From NCBI GenBank assembly GCA_023920165.1, contig CP089275.1, positions 5,084,001 through 5,148,000 on the forward strand: DNA of 64,000 bases. Reading direction: 5' to 3'. Below, one piece after another: positions 47,210 to 58,532 of this stretch (position 1 is its first letter; each line of letters begins with the position of its first letter). The notes beneath the pieces are model-generated. The model worked only from the letters and a program-made list of their open reading frames with translations, made no database searches and was not told the DNA's origin. A program made the position numbers and the translations under genes. The stretch is from Curvularia clavata (Eukaryota).

Positions 47210-48101
47210 GGTTGCAAATGAACTTTGTGTTGCTTGAAGTCACGAAAAATTGAAGAATTATGGAAAATTATGACAATCTCAAAGCGGCGAATCTAGTCTG
47301 GCCGTGTCCCATAGAGGGACCATAGAAGTAAGTTATACCAAATGTACTCATACACGCTAATTACAATGCCTCAGCACGAAACAGTGGCGATGTCCTGCCA
47401 TACCAACATGCCTCAGGCATATCCGACATTCATTCGATACTTGCGCTCAGTAGCTGCAAATCTCAAGCCTCACTTTATTGGTCAACAAACGAAAACACAC
47501 GAAAGAGCAAAATGGTGCTACCAATGAGTAGGGAGATAATTCATGTACAATCGAAAACCTGAATCATTTCTATTGGATTGTGCGCGTGCCAACACTGTCT
47601 GGCGTCATGGCACCGTGGTACAACGATATCGCCAAGACGATCGAAGCACCGTCAGCATTGCGTGGTACTGGCAAAGCGTACGCAGACCTGGTGTGTTCCC
47701 CATGAACCGGGCCTTAGGGGCTATCCACCGAGCCTATCTCTAGGCATGTGCTACCAGGACGCCACGATCTTGACACGAGTCGATCTCCACCCGCAGTGGG
47801 TCGGCGTCCGTGAGTGCATACATGGCTTGCAGGGACATATGTGTTGATCGGAGCTGGAACCTGGGAGACCGTTGGTCTTTTCACGATTCCGCAGACCCTG
47901 GCTATGAGGTGCCACCACATGGCGCTCCATGCGAACATCAAAAGTACGAAGCTGAGTGGCTGAAACTAGCCCGATCTCAGGGGCGGACCCTCGGGGTGTA
48001 GAGTGACGCCAGAGTAACTCGTTGCCACAAGAGGGCTCAAGCTTTGGGAAGTTATGTGGCTTGAGAGCCTTTCTATGAGGCCAACTAGAATGCTGCTGTG
48101 T

Positions 48102-51100
48102 TCAAACAACAGCATCATCATTACGATGCAAAAGGCGAACTGGCCTCACAAAGACACATCTAGCAAACACATCCACCCTCTCAAGCACTACTTCCCATTC
48201 ATCGCCGTCTCGGACATCCTCATACTGCAGCATGGTAGCCACAAATCCATACTCACCTAGATAACCAAGAGAATCTCGGCCTTCTCGAACTTGTCGAACC
48301 TGGAATCTGAAGACATCGGGAAGAGGGGCCTCCTTGTACTTAAAGGCACGAAGGAATGCAAGAGAAGCCCAGAAAAGTGTAGAGTCTCGTTTGGCTGTGG
48401 TGATGATCCGCTCTCGAGGAGTAAGAGTGACGATTGATTCCTGCAACTGCTGAGGGGAGAATGGTAATACTCGTGAGGAAGCAATGCCGTTGGCGGCATT
48501 GAACTGTTTTCCGGTTTGCGCTTCATAGCGTACGGCCGCTTCTATTTGCCAATGCGCAATCATATCGCTGAAACGGCGAAGGGGACTAGTGACCTTTACA
48601 TAGCCAGGTACTCCGATGATCTTGTGTGCCAATGGAGAGGAGTGCGCGATCGCTCTACCCAAGGCCCGGATAAATCGCGTAGCGAGATGTTCAGGTGTTT
48701 TCCCATGCTTCTCGTAGTGGGCATCTACAAGTCTTCTGAGCTCCACTGCAGACAATTCCTCGTGGGATGGCGGATCGACTGTGCCTCTGTACATAACAGG
48801 GATATTCCTCTGAGCACACCATTGCGCTGCTGTTTGTCCGGCAAGCATCATCATCTCCTCGACTATATTTCTTGGTCCAATATTTGCCGGCATGAGCTCT
48901 TTGGGCGTGATGTTGGTAAACTCAATAATTGGGTCTGTGTGAATAAAACGAGCTCGTCCGATTGAAGGCGCCTGCCATGTCAATCCCGACTCAGTAGGGC
49001 TTTCGTATACCTGAACACTCAAGTTGTTTGGACTGAACCGGATACCGCCGGCCGCTTTGCGCACCTCCCATAAAGCTTGTGCTGCAGTGTACAGGTCACG
49101 GAGCTCCTCCATCTGGCTGGGTGATAATTTTGGAGGTGATCGTTCCTCACCCTTTGGCACCTTTCCACCAACAATGAAATGTTTCCTGCTCGGGACACTA
49201 TTGTCACCCAAAATGGTAGCCAGCTCAGAAGGAGTAATGCTGACAATGTTTCGGATGATACTGTGCTGTATCTTTGTTTCGAGCACACTGCCAGCATTGT
49301 TGATACGAGAACTAAACGTCATGGCGGGGCGATCACGGTCGAGACTAAAATGCCCCTGGGTCGCCCAGGTCGGAAGCATAGGGTAGGATCGCTCCGGCGT
49401 GTAAACTGTCTCTGTACTATGCGCCGCGAGTCCAGAAAGCGTATGGCTTTTATCGAAAAAGGCCGTTGGATTGGCCACATGGACATGAATCCAAAACTCA
49501 TTATCTGAGTTCTTGACACGCTCAATGGATATGCCGTCGTCAATCTCTTTGGCTCCCACGTCGTCTATGCAATACACTGTTGTCGAGCCCCAGTCGCGAC
49601 GTAGGCTTGCCATTGAATCTCGGAAGTCGGGATTCCTTCGCGTGAGCTCTGCTTTTGTATTGAGCAGCTCCAAGTTTCGCGAAAGGCGTACAGTAGGAAG
49701 CATCAGTTGCTCGTCGTATAGAGCACGATTTTCATGAGGCGAAATAACACCAATCTCTTGCAAGAACAGCAAACCAGTTGCACGCCTGATGTTGTTAAGG
49801 CTTTCGTCGGTAGTTCCCTCGTCCCGAACCAGCCCTGGCTTGTAGCATTCGGTCGCAGAGATCAGACCAACACAAGCAGCATGAAGACCAGCCATGCCTG
49901 AAAATTGATCGGTGAGTGCCCATGCTTGTAGGAAATTGATAATCTGCTGGTCGGAACTAGTGAAAGACTCGCCCCATTTGATCTTGTTAGCAGACTGAGC
50001 TTCTTTTGGGGCTGTACTCGGCCCTACGCCACCGTATTCAGGCGCACGATGTTTCCGACTGGTTTTTATTAATCTTCGTGCTTTTTCGAGGAATTCCTGG
50101 ATATAGATGGCGCCCTTCGTAGACGGCTGCACAGTATTGCGCGGTTTGTCCACGGTCAAAGCAAGATATTCTCGGTACTCGCGGATCCATTCGTGCACAG
50201 TTTCAACAATCTGAACATCTGTCTTTGGCCGAATAGCGAAAACATTGGTCAACCTATGGCTGCGAGAGTCAGAACGAAAGCGGTATTCGTTGTGATTCAG
50301 CGCTTTGCGCACAGCTAGGAGTGCAGCTGACGAAGGCTTCCATGCTGGGTCATTTGGTGCAAGCAATTTCTTAGCGATTTGAGTCAATGTCATCATACGC
50401 GTTCTCTTTCCGTCAGCCAAAACCGTGTAAGCGGTATCCAGAATGGGTGCGTTCATGCGGTAGATGCGCTCGGCCTCGCCAGTCATCTCTTCGAGAGCGG
50501 CTATGACGGGAGAGGCAAGGTCCCTGGGAACATGGAGTTCACCCTTGGGATTGGCTTTTGTTGGATCTGTGGGTAGAAATGGTACAAGTGGCTGAACGAG
50601 CGCAGGGTCGATGCAGCCCTGTATAGCAAAGCTGATTTTTCTGAGGGTCAAGTGTGTCCATCTACCATTGACCGAAAAGAACTGACTATCGTTGTCTAGT
50701 TGTTGGACAAAGACAGCAAGTACTGGCTCGCGGCCAGGCTGGGACAATTCCACCACATCACCAGGTCTCAAGAAAAGCCCAATGGTTATCAGATCATCGT
50801 TTTCGTCTTCTTCCAGAGCGTTCCTCTCACTGGCTGTCACATCTTCGTCCGACTTGTTGGAAGACGACAATTTGGAAAGAGCGTTCTGAAAATTGTCTCG
50901 ATCATAATAGTTCTGAAATGCTGTCAGGGTTTCTTCTGTCGGTGCTCCGTAGAGGTCTTGCCACTTCGCGAGATGGTCTCGGATGGCAGTATTTTGCGGG
51001 CGGGGAACGAGGATGGGGTCGAAGGTTTGTGAGGAGTTTTCGGGTGTGGGAGAGAGTTGTGAGCGCTGTTCTGGATTAGAAAGTGGCTTTCCTGTAGAAA

Positions 51101-51279
51101 TGGGCAGGGCTACATACACTTGCGGCGGCATGCAGCGTTCTCCGAGATGGTTGCGGAACTTTTAAAGCAGAAATTCCACGGTGAGGTTTTAGTTGGGAAA
51201 TACCTCCCCGGTAGTTGATAAGGCGCCATTGGCACCGCAAACAGACATCGCTGGCCGCCCACTGCAGGCGAGGATACAT
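48102..51279 (-). CDS. cyt-4: Mitochondrial RNase II/RNB-family exoribonuclease (Cyt-4/Dss1)
   Basis: RNB motifs CIDDVGAKEIDDGISIE, VHVANP, VEEMM and TSPLRRFSD. An Arg-rich presequence exon (MYPRLQW...CLRCQWR) is joined by intron 51066..51117. Confidence 0.88.
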
Positions 51280-51632
51280 TCTGAAGGCGAGTGATAGAAA
51301 TCATGTCGTCAGTCGCTGCCAAAAATGCGGCGGAGGCGCGCTCTATCAGAGGCCTGTGCGCCGACGCTAAATCGCCGCGCGAACTCACATGTTTCTTCCT
51401 GCGCCCGCACCCTCTTCTCTTCTATACACTCAACGCCAAAGGTATGCATTATTTCTTTGTCCCTCTCAGCACCCCTCTTCTATGATGTATCAAAAATTAT
51501 AGCATGTATTATCCGACTGTCGCTTCAGCGGCAGAAGGCGGATCATTATTATCCCTGATAGAATCTGTCCACAGTCGCATGCTTTCATCCCACGCTGTTC
51601 CAACCGAGTCCTAACACGATTCACTAGACATC

Positions 51633-51914
51633 ATGGCACCTGGCAAAGCGCCTGCGGGCCACTTCTCGATACTCTACTTTGCTGCGGCCTCGACCTTTAC
51701 GGGCAAGACGAGTGAATACCTCGCCGCGCCAGTTCAGGCCGGCAAGCTATTTGCTTTGCTCGAGGAGAGATATCCCGGCATCAACGAGAAGGTGTTGAGC
51801 AGCTGTGCGCTGACGATCAACATGGAGTATGTAGACATCAATGAGGAGGACGCCGACCAGCAGGTCAGCGAGGGCGATGAGGTTGCCATTATCCCCCCCG
51901 TCAGCTCGGGATGA
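51633..51914 (+). CDS. cnxG: Molybdopterin synthase sulfur-carrier (small) subunit, MOCS2A/MoaD
   Basis: 93 aa with ILYFAAA...EYVD...GDEVAIIPPVSSG, a ThiS/MoaD ubiquitin-like pattern. Confidence 0.88.
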   Translation: MAPGKAPAGHFSILYFAAASTFTGKTSEYLAAPVQAGKLFALLEERYPGINEKVLSSCALTINMEYVDINEEDADQQVSEGDEVAIIPPVSSG

Positions 51915-52272
51915 GGAAGAGGAAAGCTTTTGGATGGATAATGACTCTTCCAGATACTTTGTGTTGCAACCTTGTAGCTAGCTCCCGATAATGACGAAAT
52001 GATCACTAATGTCCCCCCTCCTCGTGCAATGGCCCTCACCCGGCTCTCAGCAATTCACTGCCTCGGTCTATCTAGCGCTCTCCTACTCGCCCGCCTGCGC
52101 TCTCGCACCGAGTTTTCGTTGTCCGCGAGACATGCCGAATGCGTGCTAGCGCAAGTGCACTGGCTTCTCCCACCTCAGCCTTTTCCGCGGCGCAATCCAC
52201 CACGGAAGGTCGGGTGCTATACGACCACCGACGCCGATCTCGAAACAGACGTCCAATGCAAGAGTAATGCAA

Positions 52273-55200
52273 ATGGCAGACCAGAGCCAAATCGATCCCA
52301 GGCTCTTTGCGAGCGCCTCGTCGGTGCCACCACGAAACCAGCAGCTCTACGCGTCGGCGCCCCAGCAGAACACCGCACATCCCTACTACCTGCCCTCGCC
52401 CACCGCTCAACACCACGCCCAGTCCCAGGCACAGCAGCCCCCGCAGCTCTCACACCTCTCCCAGTCCGCCCCACTCGGTACCATTCTCGACCCTACTCTC
52501 GAGCAAACCTCGCCCGCCGGCCCAGAAGGCGAACACGATGACGACGAGCACGAAGACGAAGGCGATCATGATGGGTACGTCATCACCTCCGGCTCAGTCC
52601 ATCGCCGCGACCGCGCGCAAATGCTTCCAGAGCGGCACCACCCGTACAGCGCCAGACACTGCTTTCTGCAGACTGCGCTTCGTGATGGAAGACATCTGCA
52701 TACTGTCGGGCCTGCTCTGCGCTGCCTAACAAGACGCGCGTCATCGGGTGCTACTGAGCAACAAACACAAACACAAGACACCTCGCGCATGAGACCCAAG
52801 CTAACCGTTTTAACAGTGTCCACGGTACTCCAGGGTCCGCCAAATCTCCCGCTGACCTGAAGCGTCCAAGAGCATGCGATTCTTGTCGAGGGCTCAAGGT
52901 GCGCTGCGACCAAGAACGACCAGACCTACCCTGCAGACGATGCGCCAAAGCAGGCAGGCCATGCATCACGACACCGCCAACGCGCAAGCGCCAGAAAAAG
53001 GCAGACAGTCGAGTGGCCGAGCTAGAGCGCAAGATTGACGCGTTGACAGCTACGCTGCACGCGCAAAAGGCCGGCGCCCCGGATATCAGGCATCATGGAG
53101 GTTTCCCCCAGCACGAGGGCACCCCCAACATAGCCATGTCTCTGCCTCCCGAAGGCACTTACCGCCTAGGAACTCTCGAGCATGATTGGTCCAATACCGC
53201 AGCGGGCAGATATCCAGACATCCCGCCTGGATACGGTCCGGCGCAGAGCATACAGCGGGGCCATGACCTAAAGCGGAGGAGGGTCGACGATGGACACGCT
53301 GTGAGTACATTGCTGCACTCTTCAACCACCTCGAGCTAACATGTTAGTCGATCCCCGAGGACATGGATGCCATACATCGTGACCTGGCAGAACACCCCGA
53401 AATGAAGCGTTCAGGCAAGAACAAGATTCATGCCGACCACTCACACATTAATCCTCTGATCGACAGTCTCATGTCTCCCGACGCTGCAGAGCGTGTCTTC
53501 ATGCGCTATGTCAATGATATCTACCCTCACTTTCCGGCTGTGCCATTTCCTCAAGGCACTACAGCCCGCGAGATCCGAGAGAAAAAGCCGCTTCTGTTTC
53601 TTTCTATTCTGGCCGGATCTTCACACGGCAGCACAGAGCAACTAGTCTCGCAGGATACCCAACGCGAGTTGACCAAGCTTCTCAAAGATCAGCTCGCTGA
53701 CATCATCTGGCGCAACGGGGAGAAGTCGCTCGAAATTGTGCAAGCATTGCACATAGCCGTGCTTTGGTACCGCCCACCTCTCCACTTTGAGCAGCATAAC
53801 TTCTATATGATGGTGAATTGTGCGGCTGTCATGGCTCTTGACTTGGGTCTGGGAAGGAAGGCGACACCTAATGTTATGAAGCTTTCAGTTGGCCCATTCA
53901 AGAGGTACCACCCTGACTCCAACAGCGTTGAAGCCAGGAGGACATTTCTTGTGTGCTACTATCTTTGCATGAGCATCACCATGGTGTTGCGGCGACCGAT
54001 TCTGCTCCGCTGGACCAATTACATGGCTGAGAGCGTCCGCATTCTCGAGACCTCACCTGAAGCCCTCCCATCGGACAAGTTGCTTTGCCAACAAGTGAAG
54101 CTGGCGCATATCGGTGAAAAAATCTCTGTTGAATTCTGCATGGATGACCCTTCAGTCGAGGTCGCCATCTCGGATCCCAAAGTCATCTACGCCTTGAAGA
54201 TATTTGAAAATGAGCTTAATGGGCTCAGAGAAGAGAATAACAAACTCGGCAATGTTGATCGTAAGTTACAAGCAATCTACTGCTGCACAGTTGCTGACTA
54301 CTTTAGCTACCCTACGGCTTGGGGAACATGTGACCAATCTCTACCTCCACGAGATTGCTCTCCACCAGAATCAAGGCTCTGCTGACCTACAGCCCCCATT
54401 TACTTCCGACGCTATTTCCTCACCGCTGACTCCAGGAACCAAGAAAGATGCTCCTGTTGGGCCTGCCCACATTGGCGCCCTCGGAGATTGCCTTACAGCA
54501 ACGCATGGCATTCTCGATACCATCCTAGGCATCGAGCTTGATATCCTTTTGACCCTCCCTGTCATTTTTTGTAGGTAACCATTGACATAACAGCAGGCAT
54601 ATCGCTAACAACATGCAGGTGTGCGAGCGATTTACGCAATCGTCTGTCTGATGAAGATGTGGGTCTCAGTCACAAGCTGCGGTGAAGTAGGAAGCATCAT
54701 CAAGAAGGAGGACCTCCAAATCGAGGCCTATACAGAGCAGCTGGTGTCGATGTTCAACGCCATTGTCTCTCGCGATGCCCAGTCTCCTCATGGCAAGTTC
54801 TACTTTGTCGCCAAGCGCCTCCAGGAACGCTTTGCACACATCAAAGCAGGAGCGAGCAAAGAAGCACAGCCAGATGCCGAGTACGAATCCAGACAGGACT
54901 CGAACCAGACACCTAACTCTTCTGCCCACCAGTCATCTGCAAAGCAAACACCGCTCCATCTCCTTTCAGAGGTTGCAATGGGTAGCAGCAACAATGCCGC
55001 TCAGCAGCAGCAGCAGACCCAAGCACAATCTCGATCTCAACAGCAGGCTCAAGCCGCCTTGCAAGCCCATGCACAACATTCACAGCAAGCTATGCAGTCG
55101 AATTGGTATCCCAACATGGCTGCACAGCCAACAGCCGATATGATGGGTCTTGGTGCACAGGTTCCTTTCGACATCAACTTTGATTTTACCCAGTTCGACC

Positions 55201-55307
55201 TGGGTACTGGTTCAGATGCAGATCTGTCCGCCTTGTTCATTCCGGATTCGATGGCAATGTGGAGTTACGCAGCGGATCCGAACATGCAAGGATATACTGG
55301 ATTCTAG
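52273..55307 (+). CDS. Zn(II)2Cys6 transcription factor with fungal-specific TF domain (5 exons)
   Basis: RACDSCRGLKVRCDQERPDLPCRRCAKAGRPC; EKSLEIVQAL, MALDLGL, EARRTFL. Introns 52575..52816, about 53301-53347, about 54261-54307 and about 54575-54618; Gln-rich C-terminus. Confidence 0.9.
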
Positions 55308-55575
55308 CCGAGAGCTTTGTTTGGCTGAATTGCCTGGCGCGTATGTGTTATGTGAGTTTAGAAAATATTATGGCACGAATTGGAGTTTGGGCTTGAACGT
55401 TTTTAACATGAAGCATGTACTACTAAGCTGTATCTGTCCAGAAAATCAAAAATTTGTCAAAACAGGCCTGCGGTTGCCTATGAACAAAATTTAGAAAGAA
55501 GAAACAAAAACAATGTTATAATAATAGAGAAGATTTTACGCGCTATACGCTTTCCCAGACTTACTTGTTTCGGTC

Positions 55576-56517
55576 TCACTCGAGCTTGTAATCAGTCTTC
55601 CGCAAGAATGCCTCCAATCCCGTCACTTCGCCCTCTACCTGCTCCCTCGCCCACTTGACCAACTCCTCCTCGTCCTCCCCATAATACCCATAGTCCCTGA
55701 ACAACGCAAACATCTCAAACATCTGCTCGCTCACGTTCTGCGGAAAGAATCCCTTGACCACCTGATCCGGCAACTGCACATGCCTGACCGTCTTGCCCGT
55801 AACCTTACTTAGAATCTCCGCAACCTCATCAGACGTATAAAACGCCTCGGCCGCCGCAAAAAACTTGCCATTATACTTATCCGGCTCTGCCAAAATCGCT
55901 CCCACCCACTTACCCGTATCGGTAATATCGATGTATGGCACGCGCACATTCCCCGGCAGCACATCGGCAAGAACGTAGGTTCCATCGTTTTCCTGGCTCG
56001 GGCGGGGCTTCATCATACCCGTGAAATTCTGCATGAAGGATGCGGGGGCGAAGAAGGCGCTTTGGATAGGTAGGCGCCGGATATACAGCTCGGCCTCGGC
56101 TTTGACGTCGAAATGCTGCACGCGTTGTAGTGCGCCGTTGCTTATGTTCAGCGGCATGGACATGGAGCTGAAGATGATGTATCGTACGCCTGCGGCGAGA
56201 GCGGCTCGGCATACGGTTTTCACTTGGCGCGACTCGACGGCGCGCGCGGTGGAGTAGTCTTTGGGTGTGGGTGTGTTGAGGAAGAGGTACTGGACGTCTT
56301 TTAGGGCAGACGGCAGCGTGGATGCGTCGTCCATGTCTGCGCTGGCTAACTGGGCGCCCTGAGAGGCCAGCGTGGCCATGCTGGGGTGCGAGGTGTTGCG
56401 GGAGAGAGCGCGCACAGTATACTTGGAGGAGAGGGAGGGTGTGGAGAGGACATGTGAGGCGACGGAGAAGCCTTGGTTGCCTGTTGCGCCGAAGACGGCG
56501 AGAATGGGCTTGGACAT
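55576..56517 (-). CDS. NmrA-like NAD(P)-binding protein (atypical SDR)
   Basis: AVFGATGNQG, VRALSR, IFSS, HFDVKAEAE and FMQNF; ATG at 56517. Confidence 0.9.
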   Translation of the reverse strand: MSKPILAVFGATGNQGFSVASHVLSTPSLSSKYTVRALSRNTSHPSMATLASQGAQLASADMDDASTLPSALKDVQYLFLNTPTPKDYSTARAVESRQVKTVCRAALAAGVRYIIFSSMSMPLNISNGALQRVQHFDVKAEAELYIRRLPIQSAFFAPASFMQNFTGMMKPRPSQENDGTYVLADVLPGNVRVPYIDITDTGKWVGAILAEPDKYNGKFFAAAEAFYTSDEVAEILSKVTGKTVRHVQLPDQVVKGFFPQNVSEQMFEMFALFRDYGYYGEDEEELVKWAREQVEGEVTGLEAFLRKTDYKLE

Positions 56518-57238
56518 GTTGGTAGTGGTAGTGGTAGTGGTGGTGGGTAGTTGTTGAAGAGTAGAGATATTGGATTGGAGACTTGCAAGACTGGAATCTA
56601 AGAATGGTGGAATGACTGCTTGGTACAATTGTTCCTTGATGTTGAAATAACAAGCGGCCCTTCGTAGACTTTATACTCCTCCCTCGTATCCACTCCACTC
56701 ATATACAGCACGTACACGTACATGTACTATGACGAAGCCCCTCTCCCGGGGCATAGAACCGGAGTTAGTCATACTGTGTTGGTACTCAGCTGTAGGACAA
56801 CCATAAAAGAGTAGACGGGTGCAATTCATCCAATAGTTGCACTGGGTTGACGGTGGTCCTGCATGACTAGCACTACTCGAGTTAGATGGTCGGACATGTT
56901 TGCTTCTCCGATGGCGAAGTCGGCTCCGACATCTGGCGTTAGGATGAGCTTATCTCCATGCGCCTACTACTTGACTGGCTCAGCTGGGCATTGTGCTCAA
57001 TTGTGGCTGAATGCACTGGGGTCTAATACATGCATGCATGTTAAGTCTCTTGGTATGCCTTATGCTAACTGCAGACAGTAAAGTATTTTACCTTCTTGGT
57101 TTTCCTCCTTTGTTGTCGACTATCAAAACGCGACTTTTGGACTGGACGCCCAACACAGCAGGATTACAGCAATGGATATGACAAAAATAGCCTTGGACAT
57201 GTATGTGTGTGTATGCGTGTGTGCGAGCAAGCAAGAAG

Positions 57239-57266
57239 AAAAAAATGCAAACAAAAAGGCAAAAAA
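57239..57266 (-). terminator. Oligo-T Pol III terminator (T6, then back-up T5 and T7 runs)
   Basis: Minus strand reads GCTTGAT-A-TTTTTT-GCC-TTTTT-GTTTGCA-TTTTTTT directly after the 3' strand of the terminal stem. Confidence 0.65.
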
Positions 57267-57487
57267 TATCAAGCGAGTTACTCCGACGCGCCCTTGCTGC
57301 CCTACGCCATGCCCCCGGATCGAACTCTCGTTCGTCGTCGTCGGTTGGGCAAGCGCACCCCTGGCTCGCAGCCCATGTTCCTGACTGATTTCTCAGTGAG
57401 TTGATTGTGCTCAACGTGAACCTATACCAGCTACTGGTATTTTTGCCAAGAGGCCCTCCCAATTGGGCTATCGTGCAACTGCTTGAT
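57261..57487 (-). ncRNA. Candidate ~220-nt structured RNA polymerase III transcript of unknown family
   Basis: TATATAAAA at -30, A box TAGCCCAATTGG at +18, B box GAGTTCGATCC, T6 terminator, complementary 5'/3' ends (ATCAAGCAGTTGC / GTAACTCGCTTGAT) and several perfect hairpins, two with GNRA loops. Confidence 0.7.
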
Positions 57488-57508
57488 GGAAGGATGGGTA
57501 GTTTTGCG

Positions 57509-57517
57509 TTTTATATA
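57509..57517 (-). promoter_or_regulatory. TATA box of the candidate Pol III RNA gene
   Basis: TATATAAAA starts exactly 30 nt upstream of the A (57487) that opens the terminal stem. Confidence 0.65.
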
Positions 57518-57965
57518 CACCTACTTGAAAAGATGCGGTCTATCTACGCTACTCAAGAGCAAACAGCAACGCAGGCGCAAACGGGAACGCAAGGACATCA
57601 GGTTTCGTTTGCTCATAGCTCTATTAACCACCTCCATATGACTAGGCGGTAACTTCTACTCACTCTATAGTCTATAACATTTGACTTGACTGTTTCCTCT
57701 GGTGCATGCCATACTCTCGCTTTACCGCTGGAGAACCACCTACCAGCACTCTTTTCCCGGAACGTATGCGCTTTAGCTCAGATTCTCGTCGTTGCTCTGT
57801 CTTCTCGGTGCTTCGTGTACACCTTGATACCGCGACATGCTTTGGACCAGACCGAGATGACACAGTCCAGCGCGCATCGTAAAACCAGACTCACCCTCAT
57901 ACTGAGTGCTAGACTGCAGTTCACCCAACTTAAAAAAAGTCCACATCCGTTTCAGATCCACCATT

Positions 57966-58532
57966 TCAACCTTCAAACTCCCTCCCGCCACCCACATCCG
58001 CCTCATTCTCCACACCATACGCATCCTCAAAGCTAGCCAGCTTAACCCCCCACATATCTCCCGACTTTGCCTTCTCAGATATATCCTCATCACTCTCGTC
58101 GCCCTCCCAATTCCCATCGCCGACCCACCTAAATGCCAGTACAGCCCCATCCTTCAGCCCCGCACCCTTGGGACAGTTCTTCACATTCGCCGCACCAGCC
58201 TTGCCACCCGACGCCGCGGCTGCCTTTCCCTTTCCCTTGCCCTTCGGCTGCTCATCTTCGTCCTCAGCAGGACTGTATTCCCACTCGCCGAGCTTAAAGC
58301 CCTCATGCGCGTCGTTGATGTTGATGGGGCGGCCGAGCTGGATGTCTGAAGGCGATGACGGAAGCGGTATGGGTTGGCCTGTTTCTGGGTGTCGGAGCTC
58401 GGTCTCTTGTAGCGCATCGTAGAGAAAGGATTTAATGCTGTCGAAGGTGTTGAGGGGGTCGACATGGAGGAGGACGGTTGTTTTATGCGATTTCAGGCGC
58501 AGGGTCCATGTTAGGGGGGAGGGTGTGGCCAT
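57966..58532 (-). CDS. Hypothetical protein with probable ubiquitin-like (Elongin B-like) fold and acidic insertions
   Basis: Clean 188-aa ATG ORF; WTLRLKSHKTTVLLHVDPLNTFDSIKSFL...GAGLKDGAVLAFR pattern. Confidence 0.75.
   Translation of the reverse strand: MATPSPLTWTLRLKSHKTTVLLHVDPLNTFDSIKSFLYDALQETELRHPETGQPIPLPSSPSDIQLGRPININDAHEGFKLGEWEYSPAEDEDEQPKGKGKGKAAAASGGKAGAANVKNCPKGAGLKDGAVLAFRWVGDGNWEGDESDEDISEKAKSGDMWGVKLASFEDAYGVENEADVGGGREFEG

Noticed and set aside
51900..51914. MOCS2A ends in Ser-Gly rather than Gly-Gly
   Set aside because: To my recollection filamentous-ascomycete CnxG proteins normally end PPVSSG, so this is not treated as a defect or novelty.
56521..56628. 37-aa N-terminal extension of the NmrA-like ORF containing poly-Thr
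   Set aside because: It starts at a TTG and is produced by a GTAGTG/GTG microsatellite in the 5' UTR. The ATG at 56517 directly precedes the Rossmann motif.
57383..57398. CTGA...GAAA suggesting a hammerhead ribozyme core
   Set aside because: It is a simple ACUGA-GAAA-UCAGU hairpin. The CUGANGA core and three-way junction are absent.
57088..57462. 124-aa, 102-aa and smaller ORFs overlapping the candidate ncRNA
   Set aside because: No motifs, several non-ATG starts, and they run through TG repeats and A/T runs; likely spurious.
57310..57480. Calling the candidate Pol III RNA a tRNA gene (D-arm-like TA-GCCC-AATTGGGA-GGGC and TTCGATC loop)
   Set aside because: The bases flanking TTCGATC (GAGAG / CGGGG) do not form a T-stem, and no acceptor stem or anticodon arm can be built. 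The elements are better read as A and B boxes of a non-tRNA transcript.
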